Sequence record: DRR723986_10545
Strand: one strand, 5' to 3'
DNA length: 49,326 nucleotides
The notes below the pieces were generated by a model. The model was not told the DNA's origin and made no database searches. It was given only the letters and a program-made list of their open reading frames with translations. Positions 36,949 through 47,843 of this stretch are shown piece by piece. How positions within the stretch are numbered: position 1 is the first letter of the stretch; each line of letters begins with the position of its first letter. A program made the translations under genes and the position numbers.

Positions 36949-39543
36949 TTACTTAATTTCTTTAAGCGCGTTATCAATTAAAGTACGTAAGTGTTGCTTA
37001 TGAGCTTTACTTGAAATATTTCCATTTAATGAGGCCATATTTTTAATCTGTTTAAGATTATATAAAGCCATTGACTTTGCATTATTTGTAAATCGGCCAC
37101 TTTGCTTTCCTGTTAACATATCTATAAGCATGTTAGTATATGAAATCTGTAAATTCTGTCTAAACGAGTTTACATTACCATAAATATCTGCCTTAAAAAT
37201 AGCAGCATTTAAATCAGTCATAAACATTGATAACTTATACTTATTACCGTATAATTCACTATCTGTAATACGTTGTAAGGTATTTGGATGTAAAATATGT
37301 CTTAAGACATTATTTTGATAAGTTAATACTTGTTGGTGAATCTTAGGATCTTCTGGTCCGCCAAAGAAGTTATATCCACGTCTTTGTAATGCTAAATAGT
37401 TGTACAAATCCTTTGGAGCACTAAATGCATTCGGTGCAAAAGCATATTTTTCTAAAGCCTTCATTGCTCGTTTCTGATCTTCTATACTCACTGGCGTATA
37501 CGGTTTAGTACCGCCTTGTTGACCAATCATCGCTCTATCTACGTATACACCACCAATAAATCTTGATATAACATTAGCTGCTGTAGCTCGCTGTCCACTT
37601 AGTAAATAATAAGCTCGTCTAAGCTCTTGATAGGTTTCACCAGTCTTAGAGAATTTTGATTTCACATCGTTCATCATACTATCAACTAGCTTAATTCGGT
37701 CTATAGAATAACCTATTTGATCGTTAGACAAATCACCAATCATTACTCGAGGATCTATAGCTTTTCCCGGTGCACGCATGTCATCTGCATCATTTCCGAA
37801 AATTAGTTCTGGTTCAGTAGACCTATTTAATAAAGCTGTTCTTTCTGCTTCAAACTGAAAAGGAGTATATCCAAATTGAATAGCCCATATATCATAAGGT
37901 CCTACTGAAGTATCATAGTACTGACCTTGCTTAGACTTATCATTGGTAATATTAATTCCTGCATAATCCATTACAGAACCAGTTAAACATTTACCTTCAA
38001 TGAAGTCTTTATCGGCTAATTGTTCTGGTGAGAATAACTGACTCGCCTTCATGTTATGATTAAGACCAAGTGTATGACCAACTTCGTGCATAATTAAAGC
38101 AATCATAGCTTCTTTCTTCATTCGCTCCATCTCTAAATCCGACCCTGCTCTTGCTTCTATTACAGCTTGACCAAACATTGTATTTTCGTGCATTACATGA
38201 CCTGCGGAACATAATACCTTATTTTTTTGCAAATAATCTGCGCCATTAAACTCTACATCAGCTTTTGCTAAATCAAATAATTGATCATAAAAAACTCTAT
38301 TTGTAAAATGCACATACTCTAACATAATATCTGCACCAATAATCTCACCTGTTTTAGGATTTACAAAACTTGGCCCATAACCACCAAAAGGTGCTCTAGG
38401 AGACGATGTCCATCTTAAAACATTATAATTGATATCACCTGCATCCCAATCCGCATCGTCAGGTTGCATTTTTACAATCATTGCATTTTTAAATCCTGCT
38501 TTCTCAAAGGCTTTGTTCCATTCTAGAACACCTTGTCTAATGGTTTCTCTCCACTCTACTGGTGTTGAATTTTCCATCCACCATGTTATTGGTTCAACGG
38601 GTTCTGAAACTGCTGCATTTGGATCTTTCTTTATAAGATTCCAACGATGTACTAAATCTCTGAAGGGTGCTGAATTTGTTGCAGTTTGATCATTTACCTG
38701 TGTAGTGAAGTAACCAACTCTTGGGTCATCTAAGCGGATTTCGTAGTCATCATTTTCTGGCATAGCAATGAGACTGTGAAACACTTTTATACTCACATTT
38801 CTGCCGTCTGTAACTGCATTAGAACCACCATTTAACATTGATGGCTTTGAATACACGTATTCAACTTCTAAATTGGTATTATCATCATAGTTTTTTACAC
38901 TATGTACTTTGGTTTTATTCTTATCAAGGTTTCCTAAACTAAATGCAAAAGGACTAGATCCTGGAAAACGTGGTGGCTTAACTTGAGCAAATGTTTCTTT
39001 TAAAAACAAACCATCCGCTTTAATTAAATATAAACCCTCTTTCTTGTCGTGAGCTTCAACTTTAACTGATGCCATTATACCTTCACTAGTGTTTGCATCT
39101 TTAGATCTTGAGATTGCATTATCAGGATCAAAGTAAAAGGAGGTGTTTTGTGTTACAAATTCTATTTTATTGTAGAATTTTCTAACCTGAAACACTTTAG
39201 ATCCACCATAGGCACCGCGATAGCGTCCTACATCCACTACACCATTTGATACTTGATTGAAATGAATGAATTCTTTATTTAACTGGTCCTCACTCACAAC
39301 CATATGCAAAGTCCCTGTAATTGTATCTCGATACATTGTAAAAAGACCATCTATCTTTTCACTTGACTTAGTTAGTTGCTTTATTGATTTTCCATTTGAT
39401 TTTGGTTTCGGCGCAGGAGCTTCAGTTTTGTCTTTCTTACGTTTCTTTTTACGCTGGGCATCTAAGTTTTGCGGCGCTAAAAAGGCACATAAAAAAAATA
39501 CCAAAGACAATAGCCTAAAGGGATTTCGTTTTTTGATGTTCAT
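36949..39543 (-). CDS. Secreted zinc-dependent metalloprotease (DUF5117/DUF5118/EcxA-like), second paralog
   Basis: Signal peptide; DPRVGYF, NPKTGEIIGADI, HEVGHTLGLNHNM, SVMDY and GPYDIWAIQFGY. Confidence 0.85.
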   Translation of the reverse strand: MNIKKRNPFRLLSLVFFLCAFLAPQNLDAQRKKKRKKDKTEAPAPKPKSNGKSIKQLTKSSEKIDGLFTMYRDTITGTLHMVVSEDQLNKEFIHFNQVSNGVVDVGRYRGAYGGSKVFQVRKFYNKIEFVTQNTSFYFDPDNAISRSKDANTSEGIMASVKVEAHDKKEGLYLIKADGLFLKETFAQVKPPRFPGSSPFAFSLGNLDKNKTKVHSVKNYDDNTNLEVEYVYSKPSMLNGGSNAVTDGRNVSIKVFHSLIAMPENDDYEIRLDDPRVGYFTTQVNDQTATNSAPFRDLVHRWNLIKKDPNAAVSEPVEPITWWMENSTPVEWRETIRQGVLEWNKAFEKAGFKNAMIVKMQPDDADWDAGDINYNVLRWTSSPRAPFGGYGPSFVNPKTGEIIGADIMLEYVHFTNRVFYDQLFDLAKADVEFNGADYLQKNKVLCSAGHVMHENTMFGQAVIEARAGSDLEMERMKKEAMIALIMHEVGHTLGLNHNMKASQLFSPEQLADKDFIEGKCLTGSVMDYAGINITNDKSKQGQYYDTSVGPYDIWAIQFGYTPFQFEAERTALLNRSTEPELIFGNDADDMRAPGKAIDPRVMIGDLSNDQIGYSIDRIKLVDSMMNDVKSKFSKTGETYQELRRAYYLLSGQRATAANVISRFIGGVYVDRAMIGQQGGTKPYTPVSIEDQKRAMKALEKYAFAPNAFSAPKDLYNYLALQRRGYNFFGGPEDPKIHQQVLTYQNNVLRHILHPNTLQRITDSELYGNKYKLSMFMTDLNAAIFKADIYGNVNSFRQNLQISYTNMLIDMLTGKQSGRFTNNAKSMALYNLKQIKNMASLNGNISSKAHKQHLRTLIDNALKEIK

Positions 39544-39639
39544 AATTAATAGTTATTGATTAAATTAAATTTATTTCAAGCTACAAGTTAAGAAATATCT
39601 TATGTAACTAATTGTTAAAAATTTAGCTTATCAAAACTA

Positions 39640-40305
39640 TTATTTCATTGGGAAAAATTGGTTCTGTCTATTAAAGGATATTTCATTAAAATTTGAAATA
39701 ACCTTATTGGCCTTTGAATAATCCTGACCGGCTGAATGAGGGCTTTTAAAGCCTAGACAATAGATATTTGCTGCTTTTGCAGCTGCTATACCATTTGTAG
39801 AATCTTCAATTACCATACACTCTGATTTTTTAAAACCTGTAAAATCAGCAGCTTTTATAAAAATTTCGGGATGTGGTTTCGATTGTTTTAGATCTGCTCC
39901 ACTAAATTTTCCTTTAAAAAAAGGATTTAAATCAAAGCGTTCAAAAATTCTATCAATATTTGGCATTGATGCAGATGAGGCAACTACAAGTGTCAGTCCA
40001 TTATTGAAATAATCTAAAATTCTGTCATAAACACCATCAATAAGTGTTAAATCTTTATCGTGCTCAAACAAATATTTAAAATGTTTACGTTTTAAACTTA
40101 CCAACATTTCTGGCGATTCACTCAATTGAAAATGATCAACTAAACGCTTACATATATTCAATGTAGATTGACCTGTAAACGAAGCATATAATTCTTCACT
40201 CACATCTATGTTAACATCATCAAACATATGATGATATGCCTTGTAATGTAAGGGTTCAGTATCTACAATAACACCATCCATATCAAATAAAACCGCTTTA
40301 AGCAT
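39640..40305 (-). CDS. HAD-superfamily phosphatase (beta-PGM/CbbY-like)
   Basis: FDMDGVIVDTE, SKPHPEIF and IEDSTNGI motifs. Confidence 0.88.
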   Translation of the reverse strand: MLKAVLFDMDGVIVDTEPLHYKAYHHMFDDVNIDVSEELYASFTGQSTLNICKRLVDHFQLSESPEMLVSLKRKHFKYLFEHDKDLTLIDGVYDRILDYFNNGLTLVVASSASMPNIDRIFERFDLNPFFKGKFSGADLKQSKPHPEIFIKAADFTGFKKSECMVIEDSTNGIAAAKAANIYCLGFKSPHSAGQDYSKANKVISNFNEISFNRQNQFFPMK

Positions 40306-40308
40306 TAT

Positions 40309-42216
40309 CTATAATTTATTATCTATAATACTTTGAACAACTTCTGGATTTAACAATGTACTAGTATCGCCCAGCTGATCAACTTCATTACATGCTATTT
40401 TTCTTAGAATTCTGCGCATTATTTTTCCAGAACGAGTCTTTGGTAATCCATAAGTAAATTGCACTTTATCTAGTTTTGCTATTGGTCCAATTCTATCCGT
40501 TATTAACTGATTAATTTCGCTTCTTACATTATCATGATTTCTGGTTTCCCCTGCATCCTTTAACGTAATATAGCCATATAACGCATTGCCCTTAACATCA
40601 TGAGGAAAACCTACAATAGCAGATTCCGCCACTGCATTATGCTCGTTAATAGCATCTTCAATTGGTGCTGTTCCTAAATTATGACCAGAAACAATTATGA
40701 CATCATCTACTCTACCTGTTATTCTGTAATAGCCAACTTCATCTCTTAATGCACCATCACCAGTGAAATACATGTTCTCATATGCCGAGAAATACGTGTC
40801 TTTATATCGTTGATGATTTCCCCAAATAGTGCGAGCCATTGATGGCCAAGGGAATTTTATACAAAGACGACCATCTACCTGATTGCCCTTTATTTCTTGA
40901 CCATTCTCATCCATTAAGGCTGGTTGAATTCCTATAAATGGTAAGGTTGCATATGTTGGTTTTGTTGGTGTTGAAAAAGGTATTGGAGTAATCATTATAC
41001 CACCTGTTTCGGTTTGCCACCAGGTGTCTACTATTGGACTTTTCTTTTTACCTACATTATCATTGTACCAATGCCACGCCTCCTCATTAATAGGTTCTCC
41101 AACAGAACCAAGCACTTTTAATGATGACAAATCGTATTTATCAACTAATTCTGTACCATGCTTCGCTAATGCTCTAATAGCTGTTGGTGCTGTATAGAAT
41201 TGATTCACCTTATGCTTCTCAACAATATCCCAAAAACGTCCAAAATCTGGATAACTCGGAACACCTTCAAACATAACCGTTGTTGCACCATTACAAAGAG
41301 GTCCATATACAATGTAGCTATGACCTGTTATCCAGCCTATATCCGCCGTACACCAGTATACATCATCATCTCTATATTGAAATACATTTTTAAACGTGTA
41401 CGCTGTATAAACCATGTATCCTGCAGTGGTATGCATCATTCCTTTTGGCATACCTGTAGAACCAGACGTATATAGAATAAACAGAGGGTCTTCTGCATCC
41501 ATAACTACTGCCGTATAATCCTTGTACGCATCATCTAAAAGTGGTTGTAACCAATGGTCTCTACCTTCTATCATTTTTATTTCAGAATTAATACGCTTAG
41601 CTACTAAAACCGACTCCACACCAGAACAATCTTCTAATGCTTCATCTACAATACCTTTTAAATCTATAGTTTTAGCTCCTCTGTAAGAGCCATCTGATGT
41701 GATTACCATCTTAGCATCACAATCATTAATTCTCGTGGATAAAGCTGTCGATGAAAATCCTGCAAAAACTACAGAGTGTATGGCACCTATTCTTGCACAA
41801 GCTAACACAGATACGGCAAGTTCTGGAATCATTGGTAAATAAATACAAACGCGATCTCCTTTTTTTATGCCTTTATCATGCAAAACGTTAGCAAATTTGC
41901 AAACACGTTCATGTAATTGCTTGTATGTAATATGCTCAGCAGGTTCATTTGGATCATTAGGTTCAAACAGAATTGCAGTTTTACCTCCACGTGAATGGAC
42001 ATGTCTATCTAAACAATTTTCAGTTATGTTTAGTTTAGCTCCTTCAAACCATTTCACTTCTGGCTTAGAAAAATCCCAACTTAATATATTATTCCACTTT
42101 TTGCGCCAATAAAAATGCTCTTCAGCAATTTCCTCCCAAAATGATTCGGGATTTGATTTTGATTTACGGTACACTTGAAAATATTCTTCAAAGTGTTTTA
42201 TGTGGTAGTTACTCAT
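40309..42216 (-). CDS. acs: Acetyl-CoA synthetase
   Basis: YTSGSTGMPKG, DTWWQTETGG, GRVDDVI and LPKTRSGKIMRRILR. Confidence 0.96.
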   Translation of the reverse strand: MSNYHIKHFEEYFQVYRKSKSNPESFWEEIAEEHFYWRKKWNNILSWDFSKPEVKWFEGAKLNITENCLDRHVHSRGGKTAILFEPNDPNEPAEHITYKQLHERVCKFANVLHDKGIKKGDRVCIYLPMIPELAVSVLACARIGAIHSVVFAGFSSTALSTRINDCDAKMVITSDGSYRGAKTIDLKGIVDEALEDCSGVESVLVAKRINSEIKMIEGRDHWLQPLLDDAYKDYTAVVMDAEDPLFILYTSGSTGMPKGMMHTTAGYMVYTAYTFKNVFQYRDDDVYWCTADIGWITGHSYIVYGPLCNGATTVMFEGVPSYPDFGRFWDIVEKHKVNQFYTAPTAIRALAKHGTELVDKYDLSSLKVLGSVGEPINEEAWHWYNDNVGKKKSPIVDTWWQTETGGIMITPIPFSTPTKPTYATLPFIGIQPALMDENGQEIKGNQVDGRLCIKFPWPSMARTIWGNHQRYKDTYFSAYENMYFTGDGALRDEVGYYRITGRVDDVIIVSGHNLGTAPIEDAINEHNAVAESAIVGFPHDVKGNALYGYITLKDAGETRNHDNVRSEINQLITDRIGPIAKLDKVQFTYGLPKTRSGKIMRRILRKIACNEVDQLGDTSTLLNPEVVQSIIDNKL

Positions 42217-42224
42217 AGTTTTTA

Positions 42225-43952
42225 TTAATGCTCTATCGCTTTGCCAGCTCCACTAGGTATTCTTATATGCTCAACAATATCCTGAACATCTTTTGGAGGT
42301 GCCTTGGTAAATTTCATTATTGTAATTGATACGATAAAGTTAAGCATCATTGCGACAGTTCCAAAACCTTCTGGAGAAATTCCAAACCACCACTCGCTTT
42401 TGTCTGGCAAAACTTCATCAAACCAACCTAGCTTATATTTCATCATATAACACAGCATACTAATAATCCCAACGACCATTCCTGCAATTGCACCTTCTTT
42501 ATTCATTCGTTTATAAAATATTCCAAGAATTATTGCTGGAAAAAATGATGCTGCCGCTAAACCAAAAGCTAATGCTACTACTGCTGCTACAAATCCAGGA
42601 GGGTTTATACCAAAATATCCAGCAATACAAACCGCTCCAACAGCTGAAAAGCGTGCAGCAACTAACTCACCTTTTTCTGAAATCGAAGGTTTTATAATTT
42701 TCTTAATTAAATCATGGGAAACAGATGACGAAATAACCAATAAAAGTCCCGCTGCCGTAGATAATGCAGCAGCTAAACCACCAGCAGCAACTAAAGCGAT
42801 GACCCAATTGGGTAACTTAGCAATTTCAGGGTTTGCTAATACCATAATATCTCTATCGATAGTTAATTCGTTTTTAGACTTATCTGCGACATAACTTATT
42901 AAACCATCTTTATTTTTATCATTAAAAGCGATTAAACCTGTAGTTTCCCATTTTTTAAACCACTCTGGTACATTAGCATAGGATTTGTTAGAAACAGTTT
43001 CTAACATGTTAGTTCTGGCGAAGGCTGCTACAGCAGGGGCAGTAGAATATAGAATAACGATTAGCAATAACGCTATTCCAGCTGATTTTCTGGCATCCTT
43101 AACACGTTTAACTGTAAAAAAACGGACAATTACATGAGGTAAACCAGCTGTCCCAACCATTAATGCTAAAGTAATTGCAAATACATCTATCATAGATTTT
43201 GATCCTTCCGTATATTCTGAAAAACCTAGGTCCACGCTTAAACCGTCCAATTTATCTAATAAATAAGTACCTGAACCATCATTTAATTCTGCGCCAAATC
43301 CCAATTGCGGAATTGGATTACCTGTCATTTGAATCGAAATAAAAATTGCAGGTACCATGAATGCAAAAATTAGTACGCAGTATTGTGCCACCTGTGTATA
43401 GGTAATACCTTTCATACCACCTAAAACCGCATAGAATAATACGATGAGCATACCAATTATAACACCAGTATTTATATCAACCTCTAAGAATCTAGAAAAT
43501 ACAATTCCAACTCCACGCATTTGTCCAGCAACATATGTGAATGAAACCAATAGTGCACAGAATACAGCAACAATCCTTGCCGTTTTAGAATAATAACGAT
43601 CACCAATAAAATCAGGCACTGTAAATTTTCCGAACTTTCGTAAATATGGTGCTAAGAGCAAAGCTAAAAGCACATAACCACCAGTCCATCCCATCAAATA
43701 AACTGCACCATCATAACCAGCAAACGAAATAATACCAGCCATAGAAATAAAGGAAGCAGCACTCATCCAATCTGCAGCCGTTGCCATACCATTGGCTATA
43801 GGTGATACTCCACCACCGGCTACATAAAATTCTTTCGTAGAGCCAGCTCTGGACCAAATGGCAATTCCTATATAAAGAGTAAATGTAAGACCAACTAAAA
43901 TATAGGTCCAGTTTTGTACATCTATTTCGGATATTAGCAAGAAACTATTCAT
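42225..43952 (-). CDS. Sodium:solute symporter, ActP/VC2705-like (probable acetate permease)
   Basis: NGMATAADWMSAASF, GGMKGITYTQVAQY and GTAGLPHVIVRFFT; between a DUF4212 gene and acs; start placed at ATG 43952, overlapping the upstream stop. Confidence 0.88.
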   Translation of the reverse strand: MNSFLLISEIDVQNWTYILVGLTFTLYIGIAIWSRAGSTKEFYVAGGGVSPIANGMATAADWMSAASFISMAGIISFAGYDGAVYLMGWTGGYVLLALLLAPYLRKFGKFTVPDFIGDRYYSKTARIVAVFCALLVSFTYVAGQMRGVGIVFSRFLEVDINTGVIIGMLIVLFYAVLGGMKGITYTQVAQYCVLIFAFMVPAIFISIQMTGNPIPQLGFGAELNDGSGTYLLDKLDGLSVDLGFSEYTEGSKSMIDVFAITLALMVGTAGLPHVIVRFFTVKRVKDARKSAGIALLLIVILYSTAPAVAAFARTNMLETVSNKSYANVPEWFKKWETTGLIAFNDKNKDGLISYVADKSKNELTIDRDIMVLANPEIAKLPNWVIALVAAGGLAAALSTAAGLLLVISSSVSHDLIKKIIKPSISEKGELVAARFSAVGAVCIAGYFGINPPGFVAAVVALAFGLAAASFFPAIILGIFYKRMNKEGAIAGMVVGIISMLCYMMKYKLGWFDEVLPDKSEWWFGISPEGFGTVAMMLNFIVSITIMKFTKAPPKDVQDIVEHIRIPSGAGKAIEH

Positions 43953-44202
43953 CGTAGCCATATTTTTTATCGAGTTTATTCATAAGTCTTACATAGACAA
44001 AAATGAGAATTACAAAAACATACATTGCTCCTTGTTGTGCAAACCAAAAACCTAATTTAAACCCACCAATTTTAATTGTGTTTAGCTCATCTTTAAATAA
44101 AATTCCTGCACAATAAGACACAATGAACCAAATAATCAGTAAGATTAAAACATACTTTATATTGGCTCTCCAATACGATTTTGATTTGTTATCTGAATTC
44201 AT
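43945..44202 (-). CDS. DUF4212 small membrane partner of the symporter
   Basis: YWRANI..GGFKLGFWFAQQG..MNKLDKKYG, two TM helices. Confidence 0.88.
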   Translation of the reverse strand: MNSDNKSKSYWRANIKYVLILLIIWFIVSYCAGILFKDELNTIKIGGFKLGFWFAQQGAMYVFVILIFVYVRLMNKLDKKYGYDE

Positions 44203-44255
44203 TTTAATTTGTATTTACTATTCTAATTTATGCGATTAACAATTTTGAGTGATCT

Positions 44256-45647
44256 TTAATTACTCTTAATTCTATTTGATTTCAATTTTACGAAGTACTT
44301 CTTTGATTCTGCAATAACTTTTGGCGCCAAAATTATCGTTGCCGTCATTGTAGGTATTGCCATTAGAGCAAATACTCCATCAATGAGATTTATCATAGCC
44401 TCAAACTCGGTAGTAGCGGCTAATATGATACTTGCTATATACAAGTAGTTATAATAATGTTTTCTCTCAGCACCTATTAAAAAGGATAAACATTTGTTGC
44501 CATAATACGCATATGAAAACAATGATGACACGCTGAAAAAGAACACACATAACATTAATAAATACTGCCCATAAACTGGTATTGCGCTTTGAAAAGCTGC
44601 TGCAGTTAAACTCACTCCATTATCTGATGTTGTTTCCCAAACACCTGTAACAAGTATCGCTAATGCCGTTAAAGTACAAACTACTAATGTATCAATTGCT
44701 GGACCAAGCATTGCTACTAAACCTTCTCTTACTGGTTCATCGGTTTTTGCCGCACCATGAGCCATAGGTGCCGTACCTAGTCCAGCTTCATTAGAGAATG
44801 CCCCACGTTTTATTCCGTGTAAAATTAAGGCGCCTAAAACTCCTCCTAAAAATGGTTGATCCTTCGGAAAATAATCTGCATTAAATGCATCTGTAACTAT
44901 TAAAGCCAAATACTTTGGAACTTCAGAAAAATTTAGACCAAGAATAATTAGGACTAGAACAAAGTAAAGCACAACCATAGATGGCACTAATTTAGACGCC
45001 ATTTGACTAATACGTTTTAATCCACCAAGTATTACAAGACTTGTGAAAATCACTAATATTGCCGCTATAATAAGATTAGACTGCAAGGACACTTCTACTC
45101 CATTCGGAATTAGAATAATATCATTAATAGCTTGTTTTAATTGATTTACATTGACCACAGGTAATGCACCGAGCATGCCAAAAAAACTAAACATCACAGC
45201 AAGGAATTTCCAATGTTTACCCAGACCTTCAACAATAAAATACATTGGTCCACCTTGTAGCTCACCAGCACTGTCCTTTCCTCTGTATAAAATTGCCAAA
45301 GTAGAGGTGAAATATTTTGTAGACATACCAACGATGGCACTAACCCACATCCAGAACATAGCACCAGGCCCACCTACTGATATTGCCAGAGCTACACCAG
45401 CTATATTACCCATACCAATAGTAGATGATAATGCTGTTGTTAAGGCTTGAAAATGCGAAATCTGCCCAGGATCATTAGGATCATCATATTTCCCTCTTAA
45501 AATACTTATAGCATGTCCCAAATATCGAAATGGTAAAAACTGAGAACGAATTAGTAAGTAAAGACCACCACCAATTAATAAAATAAGTAAAGGTAAACCC
45601 CAAGCTAAGCTTGAGAATTCTGCTAAAATGGTATTGAGTCTATCCAT
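44256..45647 (-). CDS. Alanine/glycine:cation symporter (AGCS family)
   Basis: IGMGNIAGVA..GGPGAMFWMW, GGPMY, RGAFSNEAGLG and IDTLVVCT. Confidence 0.92.
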   Translation of the reverse strand: MDRLNTILAEFSSLAWGLPLLILLIGGGLYLLIRSQFLPFRYLGHAISILRGKYDDPNDPGQISHFQALTTALSSTIGMGNIAGVALAISVGGPGAMFWMWVSAIVGMSTKYFTSTLAILYRGKDSAGELQGGPMYFIVEGLGKHWKFLAVMFSFFGMLGALPVVNVNQLKQAINDIILIPNGVEVSLQSNLIIAAILVIFTSLVILGGLKRISQMASKLVPSMVVLYFVLVLIILGLNFSEVPKYLALIVTDAFNADYFPKDQPFLGGVLGALILHGIKRGAFSNEAGLGTAPMAHGAAKTDEPVREGLVAMLGPAIDTLVVCTLTALAILVTGVWETTSDNGVSLTAAAFQSAIPVYGQYLLMLCVFFFSVSSLFSYAYYGNKCLSFLIGAERKHYYNYLYIASIILAATTEFEAMINLIDGVFALMAIPTMTATIILAPKVIAESKKYFVKLKSNRIKSN

Positions 45648-45693
45648 AAAACATAAAAGTAAAGCAATAAATATAAATTTATTCTCTAAACAT

Positions 45694-45701
45694 TATATTT
45701 G
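45694..45701 (+). promoter_or_regulatory. -7 promoter element for the DUF1624 gene
   Basis: TATATTTG 19 bp before the TTG start. Confidence 0.55.
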
Positions 45702-45720
45702 AAGGACAACTTATTCCCTA

Positions 45721-46815
45721 TTGAGTACAACTAAACGCTTATACTTCATTGATGCCGTAAGAGCTTTTGCCATCTTAATGATGTTGCAAGGGCATTTTAT
45801 TGATACATTACTAGATGAATTTTACAGAGATGAAACTCATACAGCCTTCAAAACATGGGAGTATTTTAGAGGTATAACAGCACCTACATTTTTCACCATC
45901 TCTGGCTTAATCTTTTCTTACTTACTAATTAGAGCAAAACATAGTGGTAATGTTAAGAAACGAATGAGAAAAGGTTTAGAACGTGGATTTATGCTTATTG
46001 GAATAGGATACTTGTTGCGTGTTCCTGTTTTTAAATGGTTAATTGGTGAATTTGATAGTTATTTCTTAATTATCGATGTTTTACAATGTATAGGTCTATC
46101 GCTAATATTAATTGTGCTTATTTATAAAATCACCCTTAGAAGAACACTTGTATTTTCAATATTAATGCTTCTCATTGGCATAATTATTTTCTTAACTGAG
46201 CCATTATACAGATATTTAGAATTACCAAGCGTACCTAAAGTATTCTCAAACTATTTGAGTAAAGCAAATGGTTCTGTATTCACAATAATACCTTGGTTTG
46301 GATATACCGCATTCGGTGCCTTTATTTCCACCATATTTTATCGGTATTTAGATAGAAAAAGATTTAAGACTGCAGTAATTGTAAGCTTTGTAATTGTTGG
46401 AATTGGACTAATATTTAGATCGGCATATATATTAATGCAGCTGTACTTTATTTTTGATATAGAGATTTTAAAAGATGTAGCTTATTATAACTATCTGTTT
46501 ATCCGACTTGGTAATGTACTCATTCTATTTGCATTATTTTACTTAGCAGAAGATTATATAAAACAACCCTTGATTCTTAGAATTGGCCAGAAAACACTCT
46601 CTATTTATGTGATACACTTTATTATTATTTACGGAAGTTTTACAGGACTTGGTTTACATCAGCTTATTGGCAAAACATTAGTCCCGTGGCAAGCTATAAT
46701 TGGCGCTTTGGTATTTTTGACTATAGTTTGTTTTATTTCATTTCATTATGCAAAAACCAATCATTTTGTATATAGTACAACACGTAAAATTATTGATAAA
46801 ATTAAACGAATTTAA
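45721..46815 (+). CDS. DUF1624/HGSNAT-like membrane acyltransferase-family protein
   Basis: RLYFIDAVRAFAILMMLQGH, DVLQCIG, IIPWFGY and IGQKTLSIYVIH; many TM helices. Confidence 0.8.
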   Translation: MSTTKRLYFIDAVRAFAILMMLQGHFIDTLLDEFYRDETHTAFKTWEYFRGITAPTFFTISGLIFSYLLIRAKHSGNVKKRMRKGLERGFMLIGIGYLLRVPVFKWLIGEFDSYFLIIDVLQCIGLSLILIVLIYKITLRRTLVFSILMLLIGIIIFLTEPLYRYLELPSVPKVFSNYLSKANGSVFTIIPWFGYTAFGAFISTIFYRYLDRKRFKTAVIVSFVIVGIGLIFRSAYILMQLYFIFDIEILKDVAYYNYLFIRLGNVLILFALFYLAEDYIKQPLILRIGQKTLSIYVIHFIIIYGSFTGLGLHQLIGKTLVPWQAIIGALVFLTIVCFISFHYAKTNHFVYSTTRKIIDKIKRI

Positions 46816-47735
46816 TAGGCTTCGTACCAGTCAAAATTTTCTTTAATTATCCTGTCTTTTTCCGTTCTAATAAACTCTAAAAACGCTAATGCAGTTGGAG
46901 ATAATTTTTTTGATTTTTGCCAAACTAAATTCCAATTAGTTACAATGGGCAGCCCTTTATAAGGTATTATTTCAAGATCACCATTTTTAAGTTCATTTTT
47001 AATCCCGATTAATGGCATTATCGAATACCCTAAACCTGCTATAACAGCCTGTTTTAATGCTTCATTAGAGGTTAATTCCATTCGTTTTGGTGTTGAAATG
47101 TTATGACTTGCTATAAAAGATTCCATTGCATTACGAGTAGCAGAACCATCTTCTCTATACAACATAGGATAGGTTTCGAATATTTTCTTTTTACTCACTC
47201 TTCTATTAAATTTTTCTTTTGTTCCGCCCACTAAATAAAGCTTGTTAGCCATTAACTGAACTCTTTCTAGATTTAATTGATCTGGTATTACTGAAACCAA
47301 TGAAAAATCTACTTCATTTTTTTCAAGACTTTGAATTACACTTGTTTTATTAGTTACATCAATAATCAGATCTACACCTTTATTTTCATTTGTAAAATCA
47401 GATAAAAAATAAGGCATCACATATTTTCCTGTTGACACAACTGATATTTTTAATCGACCAGCTACCTGACCTTTAAAAGACATTGTTTTGTAATTTATGG
47501 CTTGCACTTCGTTTAATATTTTCTCGGCAGCTTCTGCAATTTCTTTACCAAAATCAGTGACGTATAATTGCCTTCCCACAACTTCTGTTAAAGGAATTGA
47601 AAACTGATCCTGAAATTTTTTCAACTGTATTGAAACGGCTGGTTGACTCAAAAACAACGCTTCAGAAGCTTTTGTAATGCTCTTCAATTGCGTGATCTTC
47701 AAAAAGATTTGAAGCTGATGCAAGGTGTAATTCAT
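46812..47735 (-). CDS. LysR-family regulator, CbbR/CmpR-like
   Basis: TLHQLQIF..LSQPAVSIQLK HTH; GRLKISVVSTGKYVMP; REDGSATR; SNEALKQAVIAGLG. Confidence 0.88.
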   Translation of the reverse strand: MNYTLHQLQIFLKITQLKSITKASEALFLSQPAVSIQLKKFQDQFSIPLTEVVGRQLYVTDFGKEIAEAAEKILNEVQAINYKTMSFKGQVAGRLKISVVSTGKYVMPYFLSDFTNENKGVDLIIDVTNKTSVIQSLEKNEVDFSLVSVIPDQLNLERVQLMANKLYLVGGTKEKFNRRVSKKKIFETYPMLYREDGSATRNAMESFIASHNISTPKRMELTSNEALKQAVIAGLGYSIMPLIGIKNELKNGDLEIIPYKGLPIVTNWNLVWQKSKKLSPTALAFLEFIRTEKDRIIKENFDWYEAY

Positions 47736-47749
47736 AATTTTTATTTATG
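47733..47749. promoter_or_regulatory. LysR/CbbR-type operator overlapping the LysR start codon
   Basis: CATAA-N7-TTATG inverted repeat containing TNA-N7-TNA (T-N11-A). Confidence 0.55.
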
Positions 47750-47843
47750 TATATCATTAAACATATATATAAAAATAAATAAAATATTCTTCTAAACTTT
47801 GCACCGAGAAAAATTTTAATAAACTTTTAATATTACAATTAAC

